From Schizochytrium sp. TIO01 (Eukaryota > Protista > Bigyra: Labyrinthulomycetes): DNA of 64,000 nucleotides. A model generated the notes under the pieces. The model ran no database searches and was not told the DNA's origin. It worked only from the letters and a program-made list of their open reading frames with translations. Position 1 is the first letter of the stretch, and each line of letters opens with the position of its first letter. Shown here piece by piece: positions 19,818 through 31,651 of the stretch. Location of the stretch: the NCBI GenBank assembly GCA_004764695.1, contig SMSO01000034.1, positions 1,054,001-1,118,000 of the forward strand, written 5' to 3'. Both the position numbers and the translations under genes were made by a program.

Positions 19818-21785
19818 CTATGTTAACTTTAATTTTGTTCTTCGGCCAGCTAGACCACGTCCTCGAGCCGCGCTTTGATTTGATGTCTGATGTGTCTTAC
19901 GCCCACTGGCAGGTCGATGAAGCTCGTTCGATGAAAGGCCAATAACATTTTGTAGTTGAGGTACCCGTGGCATCATCACCGACTTAGGAGAACCCATAGC
20001 TCCCGAAGAATTGTGTAACTTGGTGGAGTCGTAAGTAGGCGTAATAAAATTGATCTGTGGGCTATGCACGGTGAGCTGAGGTGATAGTGGTGCTTCTATG
20101 CGAGGGGAGTTGTTCATTTTTAACTGTGCACTCAGATGAGCAACTTGGGCACGAAGCTGGGAGGAAAGAAGTTTAGCACGGCGGTGAGCCTGGGCCTCAC
20201 GCTCAAGGTCCTCTTCGACCTTCATTCGCTTCGAGTCTGCCTCCCATCTGATCTTACGGGCGTCACTAAGCTCTTTTTCCATAGCTCGACATTGTTCTTG
20301 TATGTATCGATGAGACTGCTTTGTCCATTCAAGATCTTGAGTCATGTCCCGCAAAGATGTTTCTAGGGAAACAACTTGTTCTTGTTGTGAGCGAAATAGG
20401 ACACGAATATCGGCTACCTTTTTTAATCCCAACTCAGTCAGTAATGTTCGTAAGATAGATTCCCTGTCCTCCATCTGCTGCTGACGTTGCGCATGGCTGC
20501 GCATTTCCATTGTCATGGTGCGAAGTTCTTTAGAGAGAGAATTGATATCCCTTTCGTATTGTGTTCGAACGCGCTCTAAATCCTTCTTGTGCTCCCGCTC
20601 TCTTAAGAGTTCTTGTTTGCACTTAGCAAGTTCCACAGAAAGGTTGTGAACGTCAGCAGAGAACTGAGCTACCGTCTGTTCGCACCTCTTCTTTACATCC
20701 CCGAGGCGCGCATGAGCCATCTGCTCAGATTGTGAAAGGCGCGGCATTCGCGGGAGAGGTGAGAATTGTTCTGGTGACCATGGATCGTCCAGGTTCTCAA
20801 AGTCTGAATCCTGAAAGTAATTTATGTCTTCCCTTTGAATTTCCTCTTGCATAGAAATTGCATCATCGAACTCGGCGCTTTTGTTTCTAGTTTGACCTGG
20901 CATGTTTTGTTGAGATGCCTTTTGTAGAGTTGAAACACCCTTTGGAATAGCATAGCCAGCTTCAAAGTGATGAAGATAGCTGTTCGTTTGTTCTGAGTTG
21001 CCAGCTAGTTTCTTTTGTTGTTTTTCTACGACACGGGGTTGGTCTTTTATCGTTTTTTTCAGCGAAGTCTTGGAGATTTTGTCAGCTTGCCTCCCAGAAT
21101 CCATCTCATCGCACATCGCTTGTTCATGTTCATCTAAAAGGTTGTCAACTTTTGGTGACATTGGTTCCGTACGCCCTGGGGTGATTGTTTGCTTGCCACT
21201 AGAAGGTGGCTGCTGAATATTTTTAGAAGATGGTGCTTTACCTTTAGTTTTAGAAGGTGTTGAACGAGGGATGTTCTTTCGTCTCGATGAAGACGGCGCC
21301 TCTTCAGATTGGTCTATTGCGTCAGAAATCCTTTGCGGCATTATTTCCTCCTGTTTTTCTGTATCAGTACTTATTTCTAACCGGGAGTTTCGTTTACCAC
21401 TTAATATGGATGTTTGTCCTTCATTCTCGTCTTGTTTTGTTGCTAAACCAACTTCTTCAGATAGTATCTGTACCTTTTCGCTATTCAAGGCATCGTCTGC
21501 ATTTTGGGGGCCTTCCATGGAATGGTCTCTTCCAACATTGTCCGCGTCCTTCTCTTCATAGGGTTTTTGTTCAACTTGCCCAAGTTCCGTAGCCTCTTTC
21601 ACTTGTCGATCCTCATCCGCGTGATCAGGGCCTTTACTCTCTCCATTTGCATTGTGCCCAAGCTCAGGTGTTTCAACTTTCTCTTTGTCATCTAGTACTT
21701 CGATTTCCCCGAGAGGATCTGGCACTTGTGAAGACTGCGGTGAGCGCGGCGACTTGGGCGACTGGCCTCGCAGGCGCTTCCACAT
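19818..21785 (-). CDS. Hypothetical protein with disordered acidic N-half and long coiled coil
   Basis: 655-codon ORF with about 200 aa of heptad-like E/Q/R/L-rich sequence in the C-terminal half and SP-rich termini. Confidence 0.8.
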   Translation of the reverse strand: MWKRLRGQSPKSPRSPQSSQVPDPLGEIEVLDDKEKVETPELGHNANGESKGPDHADEDRQVKEATELGQVEQKPYEEKDADNVGRDHSMEGPQNADDALNSEKVQILSEEVGLATKQDENEGQTSILSGKRNSRLEISTDTEKQEEIMPQRISDAIDQSEEAPSSSRRKNIPRSTPSKTKGKAPSSKNIQQPPSSGKQTITPGRTEPMSPKVDNLLDEHEQAMCDEMDSGRQADKISKTSLKKTIKDQPRVVEKQQKKLAGNSEQTNSYLHHFEAGYAIPKGVSTLQKASQQNMPGQTRNKSAEFDDAISMQEEIQREDINYFQDSDFENLDDPWSPEQFSPLPRMPRLSQSEQMAHARLGDVKKRCEQTVAQFSADVHNLSVELAKCKQELLREREHKKDLERVRTQYERDINSLSKELRTMTMEMRSHAQRQQQMEDRESILRTLLTELGLKKVADIRVLFRSQQEQVVSLETSLRDMTQDLEWTKQSHRYIQEQCRAMEKELSDARKIRWEADSKRMKVEEDLEREAQAHRRAKLLSSQLRAQVAHLSAQLKMNNSPRIEAPLSPQLTVHSPQINFITPTYDSTKLHNSSGAMGSPKSVMMPRVPQLQNVIGLSSNELHRPASGRKTHQTSNQSAARGRGLAGRRTKLKLT

Positions 21786-22831
21786 CGCAACCTCAACACC
21801 GTTCCATCACCAGCGGTGCGCTATTTGTGCGAGTCTTGCTCTGCTTCTCTCCAACAAGCTCAATTTTAGCACGGCTGTACTAACGCGTGGCGTCCTTCCT
21901 CTTGACTCCTAGCTGTTCGGGCAGTTGAACTTGCTCGACATCAGCATCATAATCATTCGTCAAGTCTTGGAATCAGTGAGCAACAGATACACACCTTCGA
22001 TTATTAGGTGTGTACTGCTCTATTTAATCCTTTTATTTACTTTGGTACATTACTGATATCGCAGGGGGTACTGATAACAAGTGTCCTGACACTTTCCAAG
22101 TTTTGTTTGATCTAAGGAAAATCTAAATATACATATGAGACATCAAGACAATGATATTTGACTCGCACAACGAATACAAGGGATTATTGGGTACGAAAAC
22201 GTTACCATTTCCAGTAATGCAGGCCTATCTTTTGGAACGGAGCACCAGCGCTAAGCAACCCGAGCAATAAGACTACCTAGACTGACCTACACCCTTCAAA
22301 TCGAAAATGAAGGGAGTTTCGGGTAATAGATCCTTTTTATTTGGGAATACAAGTGTGGTCGTTTACAACGGGATAATATCTACGATGTGCCATACTTATG
22401 TGTTCATTTTAGATCTTAAATTCCAGTTTTAGGTTCATTCGATGACATTAGAGTTATAATTCCATCAATGTTAGTTCAACGAAGTATGCTAACATCCGTG
22501 GCCCAGTATACTTAGCAAACGGAGCTCAACTGACTTTTAAGATTTCACAAGATGTCTTCGTTTCCAGAATCTCTCCCTTCATCATACAGAAAGAGAGGAT
22601 ATCTTGGCACATACAATGATGTCGTGGACTGCATTTTATAAAGACTGCGCTCATTTCTGCATGAGAAGAGACTTCACAAATGTATCTAAGAAGTCTTTTT
22701 GTCTTGTACTTCTATCTAATGAGAAAAAATAGCAGTTTCATTTTTTACCTCATTTACTCAACGACTTAGATGTCGCCCTGTTTTTCATAATGTATTTAGA
22801 CATTTAGTAGCCATTCAGGCTTATATATTCT

Positions 22832-22869
22832 TAAGAGACCATACTAGTTGTAAGAGACCATACTAGTTG
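22832..22869. repeat. Perfect 19-bp tandem duplication (TAAGAGACCATACTAGTTG)x2
   Basis: Read directly from the sequence. Confidence 0.9.
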
Positions 22870-24112
22870 CGATCAAGCACGTGAAGAATGCTTACACCAT
22901 GGACTTGCTGTCATTTCAAATGTTCTGAGGTCGACGTCTTTGAAGTGGAGAAATTTTCATAACATAGTCATTCTCAAAATGGGTAGATTGAGTTGATTTG
23001 AACTAAAAAAAGGACTTCGCAGTCTAATCATGCATGGCTTTTCCATACACAGGACCAAGTGTAAACCTGTCACCTTTTCACTTCAAGATATATCAGTACA
23101 TCAGCAAAACAACTACTTGTGGAATACCTCCAATGGTCTTTCATTCTTTTGGTATCCAGCACCAAAACTCAACCACGAAAATTTAAATGTCCGAAAATAC
23201 TCTCACTTTCTGCTCAACCATGATTCAAAAAGTATGTGTATTATAAAATATATAAGTTTTTTCATCTGTTTATCTTTGAATTGGTCCCTTTCAACAATGA
23301 TGAGGTTTGCACTATACCAAAATGAGTTATCCGTGTTGGTTTATATTAACCCCCTTCATATTGGTTAAAACTTTATTTCAATGTGGAGAAAACATTGCAC
23401 GGCGAAATCAGACTGATCAATGTTTTCCTGATATATGCTGACTCAATTTGAAATAACAATCAGCTCCTAGCGTCTGATTTCCCGAGAAAATAACAATTTT
23501 GTTTTACCAACGGGATATCAGTTCTTTTCAGTGCTTATCGATTGATCCTCATGGGTATGTAAACAAAACGTTCCCATGCCCAATTTCGGCAGGCTCCACC
23601 ATATCATCGAGAGCTTTTGCGCTCAAACGCGCACATTGTCCCACGGTACCAGTCTATTTCGCTATACCCAGTACATACAGAGTCCAAATTCGAACTCTAT
23701 TCTCCTAACAAACTGATTGCATCTTAAATTTTCAACTTGAAGACGACCACACAAACAGCGTAGACATATTTATTCTTCAAATATGCGAGCATGTGAATAG
23801 TAAGGCAACTTACTATGTTTATATTTAACTTATTTGCTCGCCCCTAGGCTGATTCGTATGCATGCATTTCGTCGCTAGACACTATTACGAAGTGATTATA
23901 TTTTCAGTTCAGGGAACCTTGCCACATGTCGACCTTGGCTGTTTAGCAACAAATCACCCATCGTCGAAGCGCTAGACCCCACCACGGATAGCCAATTTGC
24001 GTTCAAAAGACCATTTTTTCTTAATGTGCAAGATGTTGCTTCATGTTGAACACCAAGATAATACCATCCTCTGACAGACATAATATATATTTGCTACAAT
24101 CGAGGAATGCCA

Positions 24113-24595
24113 TTACACTGTCCAGGCTTCCTGATCCCGTACATCTTGAAGAAGAGCATTGGCATCAAGCATAGCGTGTTTAAATGAATCAAGATCTCTA
24201 CAAAACTCTTGAACTGCACTTGGTGGTTTCTTCCACGAATACTCCTTGTAAATTGTTCCAACAGGTACCTTAATATGCGCATTGCCAACCTCCAGATGGC
24301 TGAAGTGGTGCATTCCAACAGCCAGGTACCGCCTCAGCGTAGACGTGGGTAGCTTTTGAAGCTGGTTCTGCCCAAACACTGCCTCAAGATATGCCATATA
24401 TTGTGCTATACTTGTCCTAGCTGCTAGAGGACTTGCATCGTGCAGTAGAGCACGTTTGCTCAGGGCTGGCTGCGACGCGCTATAGTATACAAACGCCAAC
24501 GTTTCCCAAAACAAGCTTGGCGGCGTTAAAATCTTCAATTCAGTTCCTCGAGATGCTATGCACCGCTCGCACATTGCCGTCACCATCTCCCTCAT
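24113..24595 (-). CDS. Hypothetical protein or gene relic
   Basis: 160-codon ORF with globular-looking composition. Frame open about 27 codons upstream without ATG and broken downstream. No family recognised. Confidence 0.3.
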   Translation of the reverse strand: MREMVTAMCERCIASRGTELKILTPPSLFWETLAFVYYSASQPALSKRALLHDASPLAARTSIAQYMAYLEAVFGQNQLQKLPTSTLRRYLAVGMHHFSHLEVGNAHIKVPVGTIYKEYSWKKPPSAVQEFCRDLDSFKHAMLDANALLQDVRDQEAWTV

Positions 24596-24977
24596 TGCTA
24601 CCGCTATCCACCGGCATCCAAATAGTTCGCAGAATCGAAAAAATAATGAATGCCGCGCATTGCCATTAACATCACATCAACATCTTCCATCGTTAGTCTC
24701 CTGTAACCAGTCTAGCTTCTTTGCTCCTTTCGATTCCATCATCCCAGACTTTGATTGAGCTGGTGTGAGCAAGTATAGCCAGATGAAGAATCGTTGACAA
24801 AGGAAGGCGTTGCAAGTTTTCGCAAATTTCAAGGTTGTTTTGGTCTATCTTTCAATACATTGATCAAAGAGAAAGAGACACAAAGCATTTTTTTGAGTTT
24901 CTGGGATCTCTCAAATTTGAGGTTTGAAATTCAAATTTGGAGGACCCAAAGCGCGGGCTTCTTGCTTCGCAGCAAGC

Positions 24978-25256
24978 CTATGGAGGCGCGGTTTTATTGC
25001 ATAACTTACTGGCAAGCCTGAGCGCGCTTCCTGTCAAGCTGTTCTCCACTTGGGCCTGCTTCTTAGGCTTGAGTGTGCGGATCAGGTCTGAGGCGGTCCC
25101 CGCCACGAATGCCTGCTCATGGACTCCTGGCTGAGACGGGATGACCAGCCTCCGCGGCTGCTTCTGCTTTGACTGAGGCCTGACATCCTTGGCACCTTTC
25201 TTCTTCTTCCTCGGCGGGCGGCGCCTGCGAGGTTTCTGCGGAGTCTGCAGCGCCAT
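24978..25256 (-). CDS. Small basic protein (92 aa) with NLS-like N-terminus
   Basis: GCAATGG start context preceded by an AAAC-repeat leader. GC-rich codons. KPRRRRPPRKKKK basic patch. Confidence 0.45.
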   Translation of the reverse strand: MALQTPQKPRRRRPPRKKKKGAKDVRPQSKQKQPRRLVIPSQPGVHEQAFVAGTASDLIRTLKPKKQAQVENSLTGSALRLASKLCNKTAPP

Positions 25257-26836
25257 TGCTGAGGGGTCTCCACGGCGAGTGGTGATAGTGCTTTGTTTGT
25301 TTGTTTCTCCTCTCTCTCCTTTTGTTTTCTTCTGTTCTTCCTTCCTCCGCCAAACAAATGGAAAGTTTGCGTATTCTCCACTTGCAAAAGCGTATTCTCT
25401 ACTTGTAAAGCCGAATAGCCTACTTTGACCGACTCTGCTCCATTGAGCCGTACATGGTTCACAGGTCCGCTTTGTTTTTCCAGTTCAAGAGTTCTATTTT
25501 GGACCAATGTTTGTGCAGACTCTCGCATCGTCGTCTTGCAAAAGACTCGGCTAAGCGTCTCAAGGTTGGCGAGAGAGGGGTTCTCGAGATACCTACGCGC
25601 GAAAAACGGGCAGTGCCCAAGGTAGAAAGCTTGAGGCAAACGAGGAATTGCGTTTCTTGGTTCTTCGGCCTTTCTTCCTCTGTTCTTCCTTCCCTTCCTC
25701 TTCTTCCTTGGCCTCGTTTTTATGACACATCTTACTTTAGGCGGTAATCTAAAGACGGATAGAAGGATGCGAAGACCGTGTTGGGTACTGTGAAGGGAGA
25801 GCAGCGGCACATAGGGTGGAGGTTTCATATCTAAGCAGATTAAGACCACGGTGCCTGATGGTTGTTTCGGCGAGATTTTGTAGGTTGGAAACGTTTCCAT
25901 TCGTTTGCGATGCATTAAGATCTGTAGATCGTCTACCGTATCTGCAACATGCAAATTTGCAATAGAGATGGCAATTAAATGTCGTTTTTAACGTTGCTGG
26001 CGTCTTATTGATTGGTCATTGCTTCAAAGCGATAAGGGGGTTTCATAGAATGTTGTGAACCCAATGGGCTAGTTAAAGTAACATCAAATTTACAAGCAAA
26101 TGAGCTAAAAGGTACGAAAATTTGCAGCACCATTGAACAACTGTATTTTTCAAAGTGCAACAGATGAAAATTAGAAGAGGAGGGCACCAATCTCACGCGA
26201 GCTGAACTTCAGAAACTTGTACTTGTATTGCATCTAACATATAGTCTCTACATTTCTTCTACATCTTAGTTCGCAGTAGGGAAATGCCATTTTCAAATAT
26301 AAGTTTTGAAAATAAATTTGGAAATGATTTACAACAGAACCTGATGTTCTTTGGAAACCCAAGGCCTATTTGCATAGCACAAGCTTAAAGACAACGTGCC
26401 TAGAATCTGTATCTTGCATTTGCCCAAAATGTTCCACATCAACTCTATTCAGCATTCCTGGCTACCTTTGCAACACTAGTTCCTCTATATTTTAATCTCC
26501 AAAAGTTGTAGTTTTGCACGATTGCAAAGTCTACCACAAGGTTGATTCCAGACGTCTCTCTAGTTGACCCAATTTTCACTTTACGGTGGCTCTCCACTTA
26601 TTTTCCAATAAGTTTCATGTCCTTTCACCTTCAGCCTCTTGTGGCCATATATTTATTAGCAAATGACGAAAGAAGAATTCTTTTATTAAAGAATAAAGAA
26701 TGAAGAAGAAAGAAGAAAGAATGCAGAAGAAAGAAAAAAAAGAATGAAGTAAGATGGTGAACCAAGTTCATCCATTCGAAAAACCCAGATCACTAGGCTT
26801 GGGAGCAGTGCAGGAGTAGCGAGATCGAGCGCCAAC

Positions 26837-27907
26837 ATGTCGGTGACATGGAAGTCCCTCTCCGGCCACGATGACCGCGTCTGGCATGTTGCATGGTCCC
26901 CTTGCGGTCGCCTGCTTGCATCGTGTGGTGCTGACAAGTCCATCCGCATCTGGTCGCCGCTTCCACGAGCTGCTCCGTCTTCAACTCTAGCGCCGTCTCA
27001 AACCACCATTGACTTCGACGCCGAGTGGGTTTGCGTCGCGACTCTTGAGGACACCCAGTCGCGCACAGTACGCTCGTGTGAGTTCTCCCCGTGCGGGTCA
27101 TACCTTGCGGCGACGAGTTTCGACTCTACCACCGTGGTATGGCAGAGAGGTCGTCGCGCTAAAGCTGACGGATCTGGAGATACGGTTGAGGAGTGGGAAT
27201 GTGTTGCTACTTTGGAGGGTCATGAAAATGAGGTGAAATCTGTTTCGTGGAGCTCTGATGGATCGATGATTGCAACATGCAGCCGTGACAAGAGCATTTG
27301 GATTTGGGAGGCTCCACCTGCGACGTCTCCTCAGGCAGTCTTGCCTGAAGAGGATGTGGACTGTGAGTGTATCTCTGTGCTCACGGGACACTCTCAAGAT
27401 GTGAAGTTTGTAAAGTGGCATCCTTCGGAACCTGTTTTGGTCTCGGCATCGTATGATGATACTGCAAGAGTATGGGCAGAACAGGTTGAAGATTGGGGCT
27501 GCGTAGATATTCTGAATGGTCACACAAACACAGTCTGGGGCCTTTGCATGGACCCACAGGGAACTCAAATTGCAACCTGCAGCCAAGATTGCACTGTCCG
27601 GATCTGGAGGCGTAACGACAAGGGTGTCTGGGCATGCGATAAGGTCCTGGACCAGATCCACGATCGCACCATCTTCTCTATTGATTGGAGTCGTGACGGA
27701 GAGCGCGTAGCCACGGGCTCCGGCGACGACGCCATAGTGATTCTCAAAGCCAAGGCTAGCGATTTTGAAGTTGAGCATACTCTTACGAGCGCGCATGACA
27801 CCGATGTAAATTGTGTGCGGTGGAACCCACAGGATAGCCGTCTTTTAGCTTCCGCAAGCGATGACGGATCCGTCAAGTTGTTTTACCTGCCCCCCGCAAC
27901 TGCATAA
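26837..27907 (+). CDS. CIAO1: Cytosolic iron-sulfur assembly WD40 protein CIA1/CIAO1
   Basis: Seven WD repeats with family signatures GHDDRVWHVAWSP, RTVRSCEFSP, LEGHENEVKSVSW, ATCSRDKSIWIWE, GHSQDVKFVKWHP, SASYDD, AHDTDVNCVRWNP. Confidence 0.95.
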   Translation: MSVTWKSLSGHDDRVWHVAWSPCGRLLASCGADKSIRIWSPLPRAAPSSTLAPSQTTIDFDAEWVCVATLEDTQSRTVRSCEFSPCGSYLAATSFDSTTVVWQRGRRAKADGSGDTVEEWECVATLEGHENEVKSVSWSSDGSMIATCSRDKSIWIWEAPPATSPQAVLPEEDVDCECISVLTGHSQDVKFVKWHPSEPVLVSASYDDTARVWAEQVEDWGCVDILNGHTNTVWGLCMDPQGTQIATCSQDCTVRIWRRNDKGVWACDKVLDQIHDRTIFSIDWSRDGERVATGSGDDAIVILKAKASDFEVEHTLTSAHDTDVNCVRWNPQDSRLLASASDDGSVKLFYLPPATA

Positions 27908-28780
27908 TACACCACCCATTTCTACTTTCTACTCGTATAATCAAATAGATAAACACAAAAGTAACTCTTTTACTCGAATAGGGAAGGTACAATCGTCCTT
28001 CAGTATCAAAAAGGCATCCTTTCGTAGATATGCGAATGAATAAGAAGAAAATTAAGAAAGGTTTATTCTTATGTTGACCGCTCTTGAAACTCCTTCTTGA
28101 ACAATTGAGCAAGTTAATAACACGTAGAAATTGTCGCGAGCCATGTGCCTGCATAGATGCTGGAATATCAATTTTTATGATGGCTGAGAACGCAGCTCAT
28201 ATACCTGCTGCTACAAGAAATCTTTGGATTTGCTTGTTTGACAATCATTTCCGAGTAGAAATTTCCGAGTCTTATAGCTTGGTACTTGTCCAGTTATGAT
28301 TGTCCTTGATCATGCCGTACGCTCTTTGACGTGTCATTACTATATTGTATTCTGGCCTCCATAAGGAATTGCTTTAGATACGCCTCGACTTCTCTCACAA
28401 GGGCAGCAGATGACAAGAAAATGAAGGTATAGAATGACTGCTTTCGACACATCTGGTAAATAAGAAACAAAGGTTGTGGTGAGCATAGTTTCTTCACATA
28501 ACTTAACTCATTTAAATATCACAAATGCTACTACGTTTAAAAAAATAAAAATGCCAAGGTGGACTACCTTTGCCGCTTAAACAGGCGCCATTCATGAACA
28601 TTAAGACCGCGACCAAGGGTCGTAGACAACCAGCTAGCCAATCATTAACACAACTAATGTAACAATTTAACAAGAAAATGCTGATGAACATAACCCATTC
28701 TTGGTCCATTTTCCACGACAGCTTTGGGCGCGACCAAGCAGCTTGGGCAGCGCTGACCAGGCGGGCCTGCGTTGATCACG

Positions 28781-29839
28781 ATGGCTTCTCCTTCACCAGC
28801 GCCCGCTACCGTCAACCTCGCAACAGCGCTTGCTGAGCTTTCGGACCTTGATCGCCGAGGCATGGAGTTAGCTGTGGAGGCTCGCACTCTTGGCAACACT
28901 GCGCCCAAGACTGGCAACGATATGTAGGTGAGAAATTGCAGGAACTCTTTACTGCGATAAAGATCTAAAATTGTCATCCATGAGGTAGAGCTAAGAGTAA
29001 GGGTGTAGGGAGCGCCTGAAGTTTGTGACTGGGGTCATTTTCGATGGACTGTGCTAACTTCTGTTTGATGTCTGATCCAGACAAAACTCTATTTGAGCGA
29101 GTTAGGGTCAACTTCTTGCGATTTCATATGGTTTTAACAAGAACAACTCACGTGAATGTTTAAGAGAATTATTTTGGAACGCTTCGAGGCAACGATTACG
29201 TGGATTTGCTTTTTCATGATACTAAACAGGGGCGCTGTAGTGCTTGACGACAATGGGGAGATATTAGTTTGGGGCTTTGCTAGAAGTATGAAGCACAGTC
29301 TGGATCGGGGGCCAATTGATCTACACGCTGAAACTGACTGTATTACGCAAGCTGCAAAACGAGGCATCCCACTTGAAGGAAAGCTTATGTACGTGACATC
29401 GGCGCCATGCGCTAAGTGTCTGCCTTTGATTCTTGGTAGTGGAATACGACGCATTGTCCATTGCGATGTGCTTTCAAAATACATAAGCTGCAAAAATGAA
29501 CCTTGGGCCCGCAATTTAATTGAAGAATACTCTTGCGAGTTGATTGAAAACGTAGAAAAACCGCCCTATAAACGGTTGAATGTCTCAAACCGTATTCTTG
29601 CCACTCGTGAGCCAGAGGTCGAATCTCGTATCGACCTGAGTAAACTCCAGCCACGGCCGAAAAAACAAAAATCCAAGGAGGTTACCTTGGACAATGAGGA
29701 AGAGGCTGTAGAGAACGCAGACAACGAGGATATTGATGCTAAATCTGATGAGGGATATGGAGATTACAAGGATAAAAATAGTCAGAATGGGGAAGAAAGT
29801 GACGATAGTAGCGGAAGCAAACGAGCAAAGCTAGCATAG
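28781..29839 (+). CDS. Cytidine/deoxycytidylate deaminase family zinc protein, two exons (28781-28923, 29230-29839)
   Basis: HAETDC and PCAKC zinc motifs. Exon 1 encodes the N-terminal helix DRRGMELAVEA. Intron GTAGGT...TACTAAACAG joins in frame to give MGAVVLDDNGEIL. Acidic tail ends KRAKLA. Confidence 0.85.
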
Positions 29840-31651
29840 ATATTTTAAAACTTGCTTTGCTAAGCCTTCCGTATGAGGGTCTTTAGTTTATGCATAATTT
29901 GCATCGTATACTTAGTTCTATGGAAGGGCTAAAGCGTGCCTTTGGTAAAAAATTAATGTCTCTGTCACAAGTATAACTACGCCTCATTCATTCAACAAAA
30001 ACCAGCATTTTTGAATCTATAAGCTTTTGTGATGAGCTTTATTGAAAAGCTTCCAGTAGATTTATGAGATTCTAGGTTTTGAGAAACCGATGTTGAGGCA
30101 AACACTTGATCTGCTTACATGATAATATGAGTTGCTCAATATAGATACATAATACAAACGTTACTTTATTGCATGCGACTATTCTTGAACAGATTTCTTT
30201 TGGCGGAATCCACATAAATCATTTTGTAATAAACTTGAGGACAAATAATCTGCGTCTGAGAATCACTCCTAGACCGTGCATTACAAATGTTTTTCAATAG
30301 TGATTCTGGTGACTTGGTTGATCTCACGGTTTATAAAACACTGCTAGAGCTCAAGACAACCCTCTGTAAGACCTCATGAATTAATGGCTTGCAATTGAAT
30401 ATAACTAGACAAGGAGAATTGTGCGTTTGAGGAGTCAAGAACCACAGGTATGCATACACGTTTCCTATATCAATTTTGGTGAAATCTGAATTGATAATTA
30501 AAGAGACGAGCGAAGTTAACCTCGTCAAGTATATCTAACACAAATTAAGGAAATCCTAGTTTCCCAAGTTTTACATGAACTGTTCAAATTTTAATTGCAA
30601 AGACAGCAGTTCGCTAACTTTTAAAAAGCCTCAGGTTATTATTATACCTTGTTCATACCAACTTAAAGCTCTTGCCTTCATCTTCCTAGTCAACCTCTAG
30701 CTGACCAACATATTCTTTCAGCAGTGGCAATAAGAGCAGGGTGATTGCATATTAAAGTAGATACATCGAGACTGGTATCATCATTATAGGCTTATCTGTT
30801 TGCCTATGTACAGACACGGACTGTCTCAATACGAGAGTAGGTGTGCCATTCGGAAGGAGTTCAGGGAAGGGGATGAAGGAAACAACATTTTTCTAGTTGT
30901 ATATGCCAATGGAACCAGACACAGGCGTTACCTCTGTCAAATCAAATTAGAAAGTGAAAATTTGGAAAAATGATATTGATGAATATATTTGATTGAGGAA
31001 TGGACACATGATATGTTTTTAGTTTTTGTTTTTGGGGGAGGGGGGCATCGGGGGTCATTACTCACTATGGAGCAAAGAAGTTGACACTAGTGATGCTATT
31101 ACTACTGCTCGTCTCAGACCGAGAGGATATTCCAGATGACACATTAAGGCAACCAGGCAGATGTGGTGCTTGAAGAAAAAAGAAACAGGCTGGGAGTATC
31201 ATCCTCATCAGGAAAAGCAATATTACGATATGAAGCGTCACCGGTTGGTTTGCGCAGAAAGCGCAGGAGCTCAGGAGAAATATTGGGAAGAACTGCACCT
31301 TGAGCAGAAACGGCATGGCATTTTTTGACGACAAGGCCAGAAAAGAAATGTTGTGGTAATACAGTCGACCATGTACTAGCTCAAAATAAGCTCTCTTGAT
31401 AAGTAAAGAGAGAACCGAGAAGTCGCCTAAACTTTACTGATTGGAAAGTATAAGCTTAGCGTCTGAGATTTTGTAGAGAGAACGAAGCAAGACACTCTTT
31501 CTGACTATGCTTTTCTCTCCTTCCACTTGGAAAACATCCTCAGAGAATAAAGTAAAAGGGAAATTGAGGAAAAGGAGATATGCGAGAAAGCAGCTTACCC
31601 GAGAGTATGCTAGAGCAATGGCCAGTGCATCTCACCAGAATAAAAAAGTTA

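Noticed and set aside
25082-25954. 290-aa minus-strand ORF
   Set aside because: Crosses AAAC and purine-rich simple repeats typical of leaders or introns and has no domain. The 92-aa ORF in another frame is more plausible.
27098-27796. 232-aa minus-strand ORF
   Set aside because: Antisense shadow of CIAO1.
31065-31334. Possible extra 3' exon of the MOB gene
   Set aside because: The candidate GTATGG donor (phase 0) does not match the phase of the nearby acceptors (phase 1) for this frame.
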